Assembly: GCA_963752785.1 (NCBI GenBank)
Contig: CAVVZE010000001.1
Coordinates: 36,402-100,401, forward strand
From: an uncultured Alphaproteobacteria bacterium
GTDB taxonomy: Bacteria; Pseudomonadota; Alphaproteobacteria; Sphingomonadales; Sphingomonadaceae
Direction: 5' to 3'
Length of the DNA: 64,000 bases
Part shown: positions 52,332 through 63,497 of the stretch, piece by piece
How positions within the stretch are numbered: the stretch's first letter is position 1
How the letters are laid out: each line of letters begins with the position of its first letter
Position numbers and translations under genes: made by a program
Notes under the pieces: model-generated
Database searches by the model: none
Told to the model about the DNA's origin: nothing
What the model saw: the letters and a program-made list of their open reading frames with translations, nothing else

Positions 52332-52778
52332 TCAGCGAGCATTGGCGATCAGGTTCGCGGCCGGAAACACGATCGCTTCCTCGGCAAATCCGGTCGAGGT
52401 CTGCCCGTATTTACGCATCGCCCGCTTGCGCAGGGCCAGGCCGACGAAGGACGCGGCCAGCGCCGTGCCGATCCCCAGCGCCGCACCCGCCACCTGCCGC
52501 TTGGGCGGGGCCAGCGCCGCACCTGCAAAGCCGGATGTGATCGTGCGCGCCAGCAGGCCCAGGAACACGGTCCGGTCGGGCGCGTCCTTCATCTTGTCGC
52601 CCGCCATTTCCAGCGCCGCCAGCGCGACGCCGCCCGCCGCGATCAGAGGATGGCTCATCAATCGCGCCGGACCGTTGTCATAGGGCAGATTGCCGTTGCG
52701 CGCGGCGCCCGCCAGTGCAGCCAGCGGGGTCATGGATCGTTGTCCGGCGACAAGGCCCATCAGGATCGGACGTAGCAT
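52332..52778 (-). CDS. Small hydrophobic protein (DUF4126-like)
   Basis: GLVAGQRSMTPLA...EMAGDK..APDRT; AGGAG RBS. Confidence 0.65.
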   Translation of the reverse strand: MLRPILMGLVAGQRSMTPLAALAGAARNGNLPYDNGPARLMSHPLIAAGGVALAALEMAGDKMKDAPDRTVFLGLLARTITSGFAGAALAPPKRQVAGAALGIGTALAASFVGLALRKRAMRKYGQTSTGFAEEAIVFPAANLIANAR

Positions 52779-52835
52779 GGGATCTCCTTTGCGTTTCGCC
52801 ATCAACGGGCGAAACGCGCCAGAGGTCCTGCCGCC

Positions 52836-54635
<1,800 letters not shown>

Positions 54636-54746
54636 CGCCGCCGCCTAGTCCGCCCGCGCGCGCCCTGCAAGCGTTCCCGCAGACACGTTCAAGGAACAGC
54701 CAGCATGGCTCCGTCTTTATAGGACGATAACAACAGGAGAACCGCC

Positions 54747-55487
54747 TTGCTTCGTTTCCGCAAGTCCATAACGACCCTTGCCGCCGTCCCCGCGATGGCG
54801 GCGATGGCCGCCGCCACCGCCCTGCCGGTCCATGCGGCCGAGGTCGACATCCAGTCCTCCGGCCCGGTGGTCGAGCTTCAGGTGATGCAGCAGGTGATGG
54901 GCGATCCCGACAAGGCGACCGTCGGGGCGGGCGTCACCACGCAGGCACCGACGGCGCAGGCCGCGATGCAGCAGAACGCCGCCGCCATGGACAAGGTGCT
55001 GCAGCGGCTGGACGCGCTGGGTATCAAGCGCGATTTTGTCCAGACCAGCGGCATCCGCCTGAACCCGCAGTACGATTACCGCGACGGCAACCAGCCGCGC
55101 TTTACGGGCTACGAGGCGTCGAACAATGTCACCATCGAACTGCGCGACGTGGACGCGGTGGGCGAAACGCTGGACGCGCTGGTGGCAGCGGGCGCGACCA
55201 ATATCAGCGGGCCCAGCTGGGGCATCGTGGACGACAGCAATGCCAGGGCGCAGGCGCGCAAGGCAGCATTCGACCAGGCGATGGCGCAGGCCCGCGACTA
55301 TGCGCGCATGGCGGGCTTTGGCAATGCGCGGCTGCTGGCGGTATCGGAATCGATGGACATGGCCATGCCGATGCAGGACCGCGCCGTGATGGTGCAGTCC
55401 GCGTCCCCTGCGCCCAAGACCCCGACCCGCCCCGGGCAGGTCGCGACGCAGGTCACGCTCTCGACAACATTCGAACTTGTCCAATAA
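54747..55487 (+). CDS. SIMPL domain (DUF541) periplasmic protein
   Basis: Signal peptide; PDKATVGAGV, QTSGIRLNPQYDY, GYEASNNV, AGATNISGP. Confidence 0.9.
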   Translation: MLRFRKSITTLAAVPAMAAMAAATALPVHAAEVDIQSSGPVVELQVMQQVMGDPDKATVGAGVTTQAPTAQAAMQQNAAAMDKVLQRLDALGIKRDFVQTSGIRLNPQYDYRDGNQPRFTGYEASNNVTIELRDVDAVGETLDALVAAGATNISGPSWGIVDDSNARAQARKAAFDQAMAQARDYARMAGFGNARLLAVSESMDMAMPMQDRAVMVQSASPAPKTPTRPGQVATQVTLSTTFELVQ

Positions 55488-55542
55488 TTGAATATGTTGC
55501 GTTCCGGCAACGGGGGGTGCCTCCTCTTGCCGGGGCGTAACA

Positions 55543-55557
55543 TTCACGCCTTGTTCA
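55543..55557 (+). promoter_or_regulatory. TTCA-N7-TTCA direct repeat, candidate OmpR-family binding site
   Basis: 11-bp periodic direct repeat upstream of the PepSY-like gene and two-component operon. Confidence 0.45.
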
Positions 55558-55585
55558 ATGCGCGGGGCTTAGGCAGTCTCCCATC

Positions 55586-55930
55586 ATGAGCGCTGCATCC
55601 TCCTTTCGAAAAATGCCTTCCTTTCTGAAGATGGGGGTGGGCGCGCTGCTTCTGTGCGGGCTTGCCGCGCCCTTCGCCGCGCCCTCGGCCATGGCGCAGC
55701 CGCGCGACGAGCAGAGCGAAGCCCGCCGCGAATTGCGCGCGGGCAATGTGCTGCCGCTGCGGCAGATCGAGCGCAACGTGATCCCCCGCATGGGCGATTC
55801 GCGCTATCTGGGGCCGGAATTCGACAGCGCGGCCATGATCTACCGCCTGAAATTCATGGAGGACGGCGGGCGCGTTGTGTTCGTCGATGTCGATGCGCGC
55901 ACCGGCCGCGTGGTCGGACGTCGCCGCTGA
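55586..55930 (+). CDS. Small exported PepSY-like protein
   Basis: Signal peptide; RAGNVLPLRQI...YRLKF..GGRVVFVDVDARTGRV. Confidence 0.72.
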   Translation: MSAASSFRKMPSFLKMGVGALLLCGLAAPFAAPSAMAQPRDEQSEARRELRAGNVLPLRQIERNVIPRMGDSRYLGPEFDSAAMIYRLKFMEDGGRVVFVDVDARTGRVVGRRR

Positions 55931-56083
55931 GGGGCGCTGCGCCCTTCCCATATACACGCCGCTTGCCCGCTTATGCACGCTGCACGCAGGGCGCGGCTTG
56001 ACCCGTTCCGGCGCGGCCCCCATCTCTTGCGATGAAATTGCGGCGCGCCAACACCGGCGCGGCCCGCCAATGTCGGAGAGTGC

Positions 56084-56761
56084 ATGCGGATCCTGATCGT
56101 CGAGGATGAACCCACGCTGGGCAGCCAGCTCAAGAACACGCTCGAATCCAATGGCTATGCGGTGGACCTGTCCACCGACGGCGAGGATGGGCACTTCCTC
56201 GGTTCGACAGAGGATTACGACGCGGTCGTGCTCGACCTTGGCCTGCCCGAGATCGACGGGCTGACCGTTCTGGGCATGTGGCGCAAGGAGGGGCGCAACT
56301 TTCCCGTGCTGGTGCTGACCGCGCGCGACAGCTGGTCCGACAAGGTGGCCGGCCTCGATGCGGGCGCCGACGATTACCTTGCCAAGCCCTTTCAGACCGA
56401 AGAGCTGATCGCCCGCCTCCGCGCGCTGATCCGCCGCTCCACCGGCAATGCCAGCAGCGAGCTGACGGCAGGACCGGTGCGGCTGGACACGCGTGCGGGC
56501 CGCGTCACGCTGGACGGCGAGCCGGTGAAGCTGACCGCGCAGGAATACAAGCTGCTGTCCTACCTGATGCACCACAAGGGCAAGGTCGTCAGCCGGACCG
56601 AGCTGATCGAGCATATCTACGACCAGGATTTCGACCGCGATTCCAACACGATCGAGGTTTTCGTCACGCGCATCCGCAAGAAGCTGGGCGCCGATGTCAT
56701 CACCACCATCCGCGGCCTTGGCTATAGCCTCGACGATCCCGCCGAAGCGCCCCGCAGCTGA
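56084..56761 (+). CDS. OmpR-family response regulator (PhoP/FeuP-like)
   Basis: VEDE, LDLGLP, LTARD, GADDYLAKPF, SNTIEVFVTRIRKK, TIRGLGY. Confidence 0.95.
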   Translation: MRILIVEDEPTLGSQLKNTLESNGYAVDLSTDGEDGHFLGSTEDYDAVVLDLGLPEIDGLTVLGMWRKEGRNFPVLVLTARDSWSDKVAGLDAGADDYLAKPFQTEELIARLRALIRRSTGNASSELTAGPVRLDTRAGRVTLDGEPVKLTAQEYKLLSYLMHHKGKVVSRTELIEHIYDQDFDRDSNTIEVFVTRIRKKLGADVITTIRGLGYSLDDPAEAPRS

Positions 56762-56769
56762 CGCGGACG

Positions 56770-58293
56770 GTGGCGGAGCTGTATGAAGCGGCATCAGGCT
56801 CCGGCGCCGGGACGGACCGGGCCGCGCCCGATCCCGCGCCGCCTGCAGCGGTCCGTCCGCCCGCCCTTGCACGGCTGAAGCTGAAGGGCGTGAAGCTGGG
56901 TGCGGGCCACACCGGCTCGCTCTCGCGCCGCATGATGCTGATCGCCATTGCGTGGACGGCGTTCCTGCTGCTCGCGGGCGGCATTGCGCTCGACCGGGCG
57001 CTCACCGGCCTCATCACCCGCAATTTCGACGAACAGCTCGACTACATGCTGACCGCGATGGTCGCCTCCGCCGAAATCGGCCCGGATGGCGAGGTGTTCT
57101 TCTCGCGCCCGCTGGGCGACCAGCGCTTCCTTGAACCCAATAGCGGTCTCTACTGGCAGATTACCGGCAACGGGCACGAGGATTTTCCCTCCCGCTCGCT
57201 GTGGGACCGCACGCTGACCGTGCGCGAGGCGGAGCACATGGAGCCGCTGGTCTATGACAGCGACCAGTTCGCGGAGGAGACGCTGCGCATGATGCAGCGC
57301 CCGATTTACCTGCCCGGCAGCGATACGCAGTGGTGGTTCGTCGTCGCCGCCAGCCGCGAGGAGCTGGACCTCCAGATCGCGCGCATCCGTACCATCCTCG
57401 TCTACAGCTTCGCCGCGCTGGCGCTGGGGCTGATCGCGATGGCGGCGCTGCAGATCTGGCTGGGCCTGTCCCCCCTGCGCGGCGTGCGGCTGGCGATCCA
57501 GCGCATCCGCATGACCGGCGACACCCGCGTGACCCAGCCGCTGCCGCTGGAAGTCCAGCCGATGGTGGAGGAGCTGAACGCGCTGCTCGCCCATTCGGAA
57601 AGACAGGCCGAGGAAGCACGCGCCCACGCCGGCAATCTCGCCCACGCGCTCAAGACGCCGCTGACCGTGCTCAACAATGCCGCCGCTGCCCATGCGGACA
57701 ACCTGCCGGAAATGGTCGAGCGCGAGGTCGCGGCGATGCGGCGGCAGGTCGACCACCACCTTGCCCGCGCCCGTGCGCTGGGTCGCCGCGCGGTGGGCCT
57801 GTCGCGCGCCGATGTGCACGAATCCGCCGAATCGGTAGAGCGTGCGGTGGCGCGTCTCTACCCGTCAGTCCGCTTCGACCTTGACGGAGCGAAGGCCGGC
57901 GACAGCCGCGCGATGGTCGCCATCGAGCGGCAGGACCTCGACGAGATCCTAGGCAATCTGATCGAGAATGCGGCCAAGTACGGGGGCGGCAGCGTATTCG
58001 TCACGGTGGACGCGGTGCCGGGTGCCCCGCAATGCGAGATCTGGATCGAGGATGACGGCGCGGGCATCGAGCCGCGCGACCGTGACAAGCTGTTCGCCCG
58101 CGGCGCGCGGCTGGACACCAACAAGCCCGGCACCGGCCTCGGCCTCGCCATCGTGCGCGACGTGGTCGAGATCTACGGCGGCTCGGTCGTGCTGGGCGAA
58201 AGCGAGGATCTGGGCGGCCTGCTGGTCAGGCTCAGCCTTCCTCGGGCGCAGTCCGGCATGAACGGCGCCTGGTCGCCAGCCAATCAGTCGTAA
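56770..58293 (+). CDS. Sensor histidine kinase (PhoQ/FeuQ-like)
   Basis: Two TMs, SGLYWQI, H-box LAHALKTPL, NLIENAAKY, DDGAG, GTGLGLAI; start uncertain. Confidence 0.93.
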   Translation: MAELYEAASGSGAGTDRAAPDPAPPAAVRPPALARLKLKGVKLGAGHTGSLSRRMMLIAIAWTAFLLLAGGIALDRALTGLITRNFDEQLDYMLTAMVASAEIGPDGEVFFSRPLGDQRFLEPNSGLYWQITGNGHEDFPSRSLWDRTLTVREAEHMEPLVYDSDQFAEETLRMMQRPIYLPGSDTQWWFVVAASREELDLQIARIRTILVYSFAALALGLIAMAALQIWLGLSPLRGVRLAIQRIRMTGDTRVTQPLPLEVQPMVEELNALLAHSERQAEEARAHAGNLAHALKTPLTVLNNAAAAHADNLPEMVEREVAAMRRQVDHHLARARALGRRAVGLSRADVHESAESVERAVARLYPSVRFDLDGAKAGDSRAMVAIERQDLDEILGNLIENAAKYGGGSVFVTVDAVPGAPQCEIWIEDDGAGIEPRDRDKLFARGARLDTNKPGTGLGLAIVRDVVEIYGGSVVLGESEDLGGLLVRLSLPRAQSGMNGAWSPANQS

Positions 58294-60060
58294 ACGACAC
58301 CCGGCAGGCCCTGACCACCATCGGCGATCAACGCGTCGATCCGCTGCTCCAGCACCGGCAGCGGCACCGAACCCAGCGCCAGCACGACATCGTGGAACTT
58401 GCGAATGTCAAAGCGCGGACCCAGCGCGTCCTCCGCCTTTGCCCGCACGCGGCGCATGGTCAGCTCGCCCAGCTTGTAGGCCAGCGCCTGTCCCGGCCAG
58501 CTGATATAGCGGTCGACCTCGGTCCCGACCTCGTGCCGCGACAGCGCGGTGCGCGAGGCGAGGTAGTCGATCGCCCGCTCGCGGTCCCAGCCATAGGCGT
58601 GGATGCCGGTGTCGATCACCAGCCGCGCCGCACGCCACATCTCGTAGCTCAGCCGCCCGAACCGTTCATAGGGCGTGCGATAGATCCCCATCTCCTCGCC
58701 CAGATATTCGGTGTAGAGACCCCAGCCTTCGCCGAAACCGCTGAAATAGGTCTCGCGCCGGAACGCGGGCATCTCGGCCTGCTCCAGCGCGACGCCCGCC
58801 TGAAAACTGTGGCCCGGACTGCATTCGTGCAAGGTCAGCGCCGGGATGTTGTACAAGGGGCGAGAGGGCAGGTCGTGCGTGTTCATCTGGCACGCATCCA
58901 GCCCGCCGCGCCCCGCCGTGTAATAGGGGGCCAGGGCGGGGGCGACCGGTCGGATCGCAAAGCGGTGGCGCGGCAGGAAGCCGAAATAATCCCCGATCCG
59001 CCCGTCGACCCGCTTCGCCACATAGGCCGAGACGCCCATCAGCTCGTCGGGCGTGCGGGCGATGAACTGCGGATCGCTGCGCAGCGCCTCGTTGAATTCG
59101 GCGATGGTGCCGGTGAAGCCGACCTCCTGCATGATCGCGCGCATCTCGCCTTCGATCCGCGCGACCTCGGACAGGCCGATCCGGTGGATCTGCTGCGCAG
59201 TCAGGTCCAGCGTCGTATATTTGCGGATCTGCTGCGCATAGAACGCCTCGCCTTCGGGCAGGTCGCTGGCCGCCAGGCTGGTGCGCGTGCCGGGCAGATA
59301 TTCCGTCCGAATGAACGCCAGCAGGCTCTGATAGGCGGGCACGATGCTGCCTGCGACCGCGTCTTCCGCCTCGGAGCGCAGGCGCGCCTGCTCGGCGGCG
59401 GGGATGCTGGCGGGCATCTGCTCGAACGCGTTAAGGAACGGATTGCCTTCGGCCCTCGTGTAGGGCTCGATCGAGGCGTCGCGTCCTTCCAGCGAAACGC
59501 GCGGCACGCTGAAGCCGCGCTGCAATCCCGCGCGCGCATTGGCGACATGTTCGGCGAAATAGCGGGGCACATCGCGCATGCGGGCGATGTAGTTCTCGGA
59601 ATCCTCCACGCTGGCATAGGGCGAGCGCGCATCCAGATAGGTCCAGAAATTGCTGTCCGAATTGAACGGCATCTCGAACGTGCGATACTCCGCATCGCCG
59701 ATCCGCTCTTCCAGCAAGGCGCGAAACACGGCGGCGTTGATCGCCTCTGCGGCCGACAGCTGCGCCGCGGGGATCGCGTCAAGCCGCGCCAGCATGGTGC
59801 GCGCATGGTCGGCGCGGCGCGCTTCCGCCTCGGGCGTGACGGACGACAGGCGCGGCCCGGCCTCGCTGCGCCCGTCCGCCTTTTCGGTCCGCTGGCTGTC
59901 AGCGATGACCCAGGCGTGATCGGCTTCGTAGAGTGCCCGAAGCCGCGCATCCGCGCCGGTTTCTGCAGCGCCCTGCGCCTCGCTTTCCGGGGGCGTCCGG
60001 GCATGAGCGGGAAGGGCGGGAAATCAGCAGGGCGGCGAGCGGCAGGATCAATCTTTGCAT
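58284..60060 (-). CDS. DUF885 family protein (frameshifts in the 5' region ~59800-60030)
   Basis: [12 protein letters not shown] signal; [40 protein letters not shown]. Confidence 0.85.
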
Positions 60061-60121
60061 CCGCGCGTCATGCGCTGGCCCGCCGCCGGGCGCAAGCGTG
60101 CGCCCGGCCGTCAGGCGCGCT

Positions 60122-61123
60122 TCAGGCGGCGGTGCGGGCCGCGTTCTCCGCCGCCAGCTCGGCCAGCAGCGATGCGGGCGGCTGGAACACCGCCTGCTTG
60201 AACGGGATGCGGCGCGGATCGACCGACAGGGCAATCTTCTCGGGCATGCGCGCCTTGTCGCTCACGCGGCGGAAGTCGCGCAGCGACGTGCCTGCGGGGG
60301 CCGAATCCATGTTGGGCGCGCCCCGGCCTGCGCGCACGTCCGCGATGTTGATCGTGCGAAAATCGATGCTGAAGCGCGTGCGCCCGCTGTCGTTCGGCAC
60401 GGTCGAATGCAGGTGCTGGCCCGAAAACAGGATTGCCCCGCCCACCGGCGCCACCAGCCGGACAGAGGGCGTGTCGAGCGGCGGGGGATCCAGCGTGATG
60501 CGGGGCTGGGGGCGCGTGTCGGTCTTCACCTGCTCGGCCGCAGCCCCGCGCGAGACGCGGTTGTACTCGTAGTAGTCGAACTCGCCCGAGCTGTTCTGGA
60601 TCGGACGGTTCCACCAGGCCGGGTGAAACGCCATCGTGTTGCCGCTCTCGATCTCGAAGATCGGCAGCCACCAGTTCATCTGCTGCATCGGCGCGGCCCA
60701 CCAGGTATCGCGGTGCATCGGAAACGCATAGCCGACGCCCGACCTCAGATAGCCGTGACTGGTCACGCCGCGCAGGCGCGGCACGTCGAGATAGGTTTCG
60801 CGCGGGTCCAGCCCCATCTCCTCCACCACCGCGCACAGCAGGTCCCAGGTGCGCGGGTGATGGATGAAGCGCGGCTTGATCGGCGCGAACAGCTCGACGA
60901 AACGCTCTACGGGCACGCGGTGCTGGATCGTTTCCGGATCGTCGTCGGCAAATCCCGCCACCAGCAATTCGCGCGCCCAGTCCGCCAGCGCCCGCATCGC
61001 GGGGCGCGACGATATGACATGGATGTCGCCGGCATAGATCTGCGTGCGGCGGTCGTCGTCGCGAAGCCGCGCGTCGTAATGTATGGCGGTCAAGCTGCAC
61101 CTCGCCCCGTTTTCAGTGGGCAC
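60122..61123 (-). CDS. Putative Fe(II)/2-oxoglutarate-type dioxygenase (cupin/DSBH fold)
   Basis: HRDTW...NWWLPI...GAILFSGQHLHSTVPN...RFSIDFR (HxD...H...RxS); start 61123 or 61093. Confidence 0.65.
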   Translation of the reverse strand: MPTENGARCSLTAIHYDARLRDDDRRTQIYAGDIHVISSRPAMRALADWARELLVAGFADDDPETIQHRVPVERFVELFAPIKPRFIHHPRTWDLLCAVVEEMGLDPRETYLDVPRLRGVTSHGYLRSGVGYAFPMHRDTWWAAPMQQMNWWLPIFEIESGNTMAFHPAWWNRPIQNSSGEFDYYEYNRVSRGAAAEQVKTDTRPQPRITLDPPPLDTPSVRLVAPVGGAILFSGQHLHSTVPNDSGRTRFSIDFRTINIADVRAGRGAPNMDSAPAGTSLRDFRRVSDKARMPEKIALSVDPRRIPFKQAVFQPPASLLAELAAENAARTAA

Positions 61124-61456
61124 AGGATAGCCCGGGGGCAGCGAGACGCCCAGCGATCATCGGGCTAGGGCAGCATCTTTGGAATTATCCGCGGCGGAAA
61201 ATAATGCTAGGCGATGGCCGCCGCGCATTGCGGTTCGGGGATGTTTTATTGTCCTACGGCGGCTGCGGCGCCCAGAGCGATATGCGGACCGGCGCGGTCC
61301 GAAGGCTCTTTCATCCCGTCGATTTTCCCGACCCCCCACAGCTGTCAACCGGGCGGCCGGAAACGGCGCTATTCCGCAGCTTTGCGGCGGATGACAGCGG
61401 TTGTAGGATGTGTCGCCTGTGTCAACCGCTCTCCCCCCGGAGGGCGGCTGGCGAGG

Positions 61457-61867
61457 TCAGCCCTCGGCCGCGATTCGCGCCGCGGTTTCGCGGATCAGCG
61501 CGATCATGTTGGGCACGCCCTGCGTCCGGTTCGACGACAGCTGGTTCCTCAGGTCGAAAGGCGCCAGCGCGGCTTCGATGTCGGTGCCTGCCACCTCGGC
61601 AGCCGGGCGGTCCTGCACAGCGGCGATGACCAGCGCGACGATGCCCTTGGTGATGGCGGCATTGCTGTCGGCCATGAAATGCAGCCGGTCGCCGTCCCGC
61701 GTCGGATAGACCCAGACGGCGGCGGAGCAGCCCCTGACCTGCGTCGCCTCGGTCTTGAGCGCGGCGGGCATGGGCTCCAGCTCGCGGCCCAGCTCGATCA
61801 GCAGCCGGTACCGTTCGTCGCCTTCGAGGAACTCGTATTCCTCGGCAATATCGTCGATGGATCGCAT
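61457..61867 (-). CDS. sufE: SufE family Fe-S sulfur-transfer protein
   Basis: RYRLLIELGREL, VRGCSAAVW, ADSNAAITKG, LSSNRTQG. Confidence 0.9.
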   Translation of the reverse strand: MRSIDDIAEEYEFLEGDERYRLLIELGRELEPMPAALKTEATQVRGCSAAVWVYPTRDGDRLHFMADSNAAITKGIVALVIAAVQDRPAAEVAGTDIEAALAPFDLRNQLSSNRTQGVPNMIALIRETAARIAAEG

Positions 61868-61908
61868 GCGGGCGGAGCTAGCCGTGCCGCGCAGGCATCG
61901 CAAGGGGC

Positions 61909-62160
61909 TTAGAGGTCGACCCCGCTGGCGATCGCCTCCAGCCTGCGGACCCGCTCCTTCAGGTCGGCCAGCTCGATCCGCGCGGCGGCTGGTGCATCGC
62001 CGACATCGCGGGCAGGCGAAGGGGCAAAGGCCGCGCTGCCCATCTCGGCCTCGCGCATCTTCAGCGCCAGCCAGCCCTGCCAGCCATACAGCAGCGCGGC
62101 GGTCACGATGGTCAGCCCTCCCAGTGCGAACAGGGCCATGGAACTGATTTCGAAGCTCAT
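61909..62160 (-). CDS. Psp-associated small single-TM coiled-coil protein (X4)
   Basis: AGGAGG RBS; N-terminal TM; ELADLKERVRRLEAIA. Confidence 0.7.
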   Translation of the reverse strand: MSFEISSMALFALGGLTIVTAALLYGWQGWLALKMREAEMGSAAFAPSPARDVGDAPAAARIELADLKERVRRLEAIASGVDL

Positions 62161-62174
62161 GGATCAGCCTCCTC

Positions 62175-62438
62175 TCAGCGGTCGCGCAGCAGCTCGATCT
62201 CTTCGGCCAGGCCGAGCTTCTGGCGTTCGTCGGTGGCAATGCGTTCCAGCACGTGCACCCGCTCCTTCAGCTCGGCGATCTCGGCGCGAAGCCGCTCTTC
62301 CTCGCCGCTGGTGTCGCGGGCGATCGGCTGGCCATCCTTGTCGGTGGCGAAACCGGCGCTGGCGTTATGACGCGACCGGATCATCTGCGTGACCGACACG
62401 ATCAGGACGATGATGACGATGGCGGACCAGAAGCTCAT
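62175..62438 (-). CDS. Psp-associated small single-TM coiled-coil protein (X3)
   Basis: N-terminal TM; LKERVHVLERIATD...LAEEIELLR; ATGA overlap with the upstream gene. Confidence 0.75.
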   Translation of the reverse strand: MSFWSAIVIIVLIVSVTQMIRSRHNASAGFATDKDGQPIARDTSGEEERLRAEIAELKERVHVLERIATDERQKLGLAEEIELLRDR

Positions 62439-62788
62439 TGGAACTGTCCTTCCTTGTCGGGTGAGCGCATGTCCGGTGATCGGGTCTCCGGCGACCGAAG
62501 GGCCTCGATCTCATGCGTGAGCCGGTAGCCGCTGTCGGTGACGATCCGCTCGACATTGGACAGGCGGTCCTTGACCGAACCGAGTTCTGCGCGAAGCTGC
62601 GCGTTCTCCTGGCTCGCCAGCTTCAGCCGCTCGGCCGTCTCGGTGTCCTTCTGCGGATAGACGGATTTGCCCCAGCTGTTTTCCAGCGGATATCCGTGAC
62701 TGACGCGGATCGCGGTATTCACCACCCAGGCGATCGCGAAAGAGACGACGCCGACGCCCAGCACGGCAGGAGTAAGCAGGTCTTCCAT
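62435..62788 (-). CDS. Psp-associated small single-TM coiled-coil protein (X2)
   Basis: GAGG RBS; TM; HGYPLENSWG; VKDRLSNVERIVTD.GYRLTHEIEALR. Confidence 0.75.
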   Translation of the reverse strand: MEDLLTPAVLGVGVVSFAIAWVVNTAIRVSHGYPLENSWGKSVYPQKDTETAERLKLASQENAQLRAELGSVKDRLSNVERIVTDSGYRLTHEIEALRSPETRSPDMRSPDKEGQFQ

Positions 62789-62790
62789 CG

Positions 62791-63090
62791 TTACACCTCG
62801 TGACGCGGCTTGACGGGGGTCCTGACATGCTCGCCCAGGCGCTGGTCGCTTTCCTCTTCGCGCAGCGCCTCGATCTGGCGGGCGATGTCGGTGCCCTTGT
62901 CGGTGATGATCCGCTCCAGCACGCGGACCCGCTCTTCCAGCTGCGCGGTATGCTGCGCATATTGCGCGGCCTTTTCTGCCGTGGCGTTCACCTTCAGCTC
63001 GGCCATCTTGGACTGGTGCTTGGTCCAGATGATCAGGCAGATCATGATGAAGGGCGCAAGCGGTATCAGAAGAGCAAGTTCGTCGGCCAT
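62791..63090 (-). CDS. Psp-associated small single-TM coiled-coil protein (X1)
   Basis: TM; LEERVRVLERIITD.G.DIARQIEALR. Confidence 0.75.
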   Translation of the reverse strand: MADELALLIPLAPFIMICLIIWTKHQSKMAELKVNATAEKAAQYAQHTAQLEERVRVLERIITDKGTDIARQIEALREEESDQRLGEHVRTPVKPRHEV

Positions 63091-63119
63091 CGTTGGATGC
63101 CTTTCGTGAAAGTGGAACC

Positions 63120-63497
63120 TCAGCGCAGCTTCTCGATCTCGTTCGAAAGCTGGCGATTGCCGCTGACGTAGAATTCCTCGACATGGGCGAGGCGGCGGTC
63201 GATGTCGCGGAACCGGGCCTTCACCTCGCGCGCCGAGCGGGTTGGCGACTGGCGTACGCCCTGCCAGAACTGCTGTTCCTGGCGGTCCGTGTAGAGGTGG
63301 GCCGGCTTGTTCGGCGCCATCATGCCCATCGCGATATAGATCAGGATCGGCCAGCCCATGGTGATGGTGGCAACCAGGAAGCCAAGGCGGATCCAGATCG
63401 CGTCGATCCCGGTGTAGTCGGCAAGGCCGGCACTGACGCCCAGGAACTTGCCGTTCACCTTGTCACGGTAAAAACGGGTGCGTTCGGTGCTGCTCAT
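63120..63497 (-). CDS. pspC: Phage shock protein C
   Basis: FYRDKVNGKFLGVSAGLADYTGID..WIRL PspC domain, TM, C-terminal helix. Confidence 0.92.
   Translation of the reverse strand: MSSTERTRFYRDKVNGKFLGVSAGLADYTGIDAIWIRLGFLVATITMGWPILIYIAMGMMAPNKPAHLYTDRQEQQFWQGVRQSPTRSAREVKARFRDIDRRLAHVEEFYVSGNRQLSNEIEKLR

Noticed and set aside
52310-52337. 11-bp repeat TCAGCGCCYGA, about 2.5 copies
   Set aside because: Too short and few; likely slippage at a stop codon/terminator, not a CRISPR or iteron
61180-61345. DnaA-box-like words (TTATCCGCG, CCCCCCACA) suggesting an origin
   Set aside because: Two or more mismatches to TTATCCACA, no AT-rich unwinding element, and no origin-associated genes nearby
62452-62498. 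RSP(E/D) triple peptide repeat at the X2 C-terminus
   Set aside because: Short degenerate in-frame duplication in a probably disordered tail; no evidence of function
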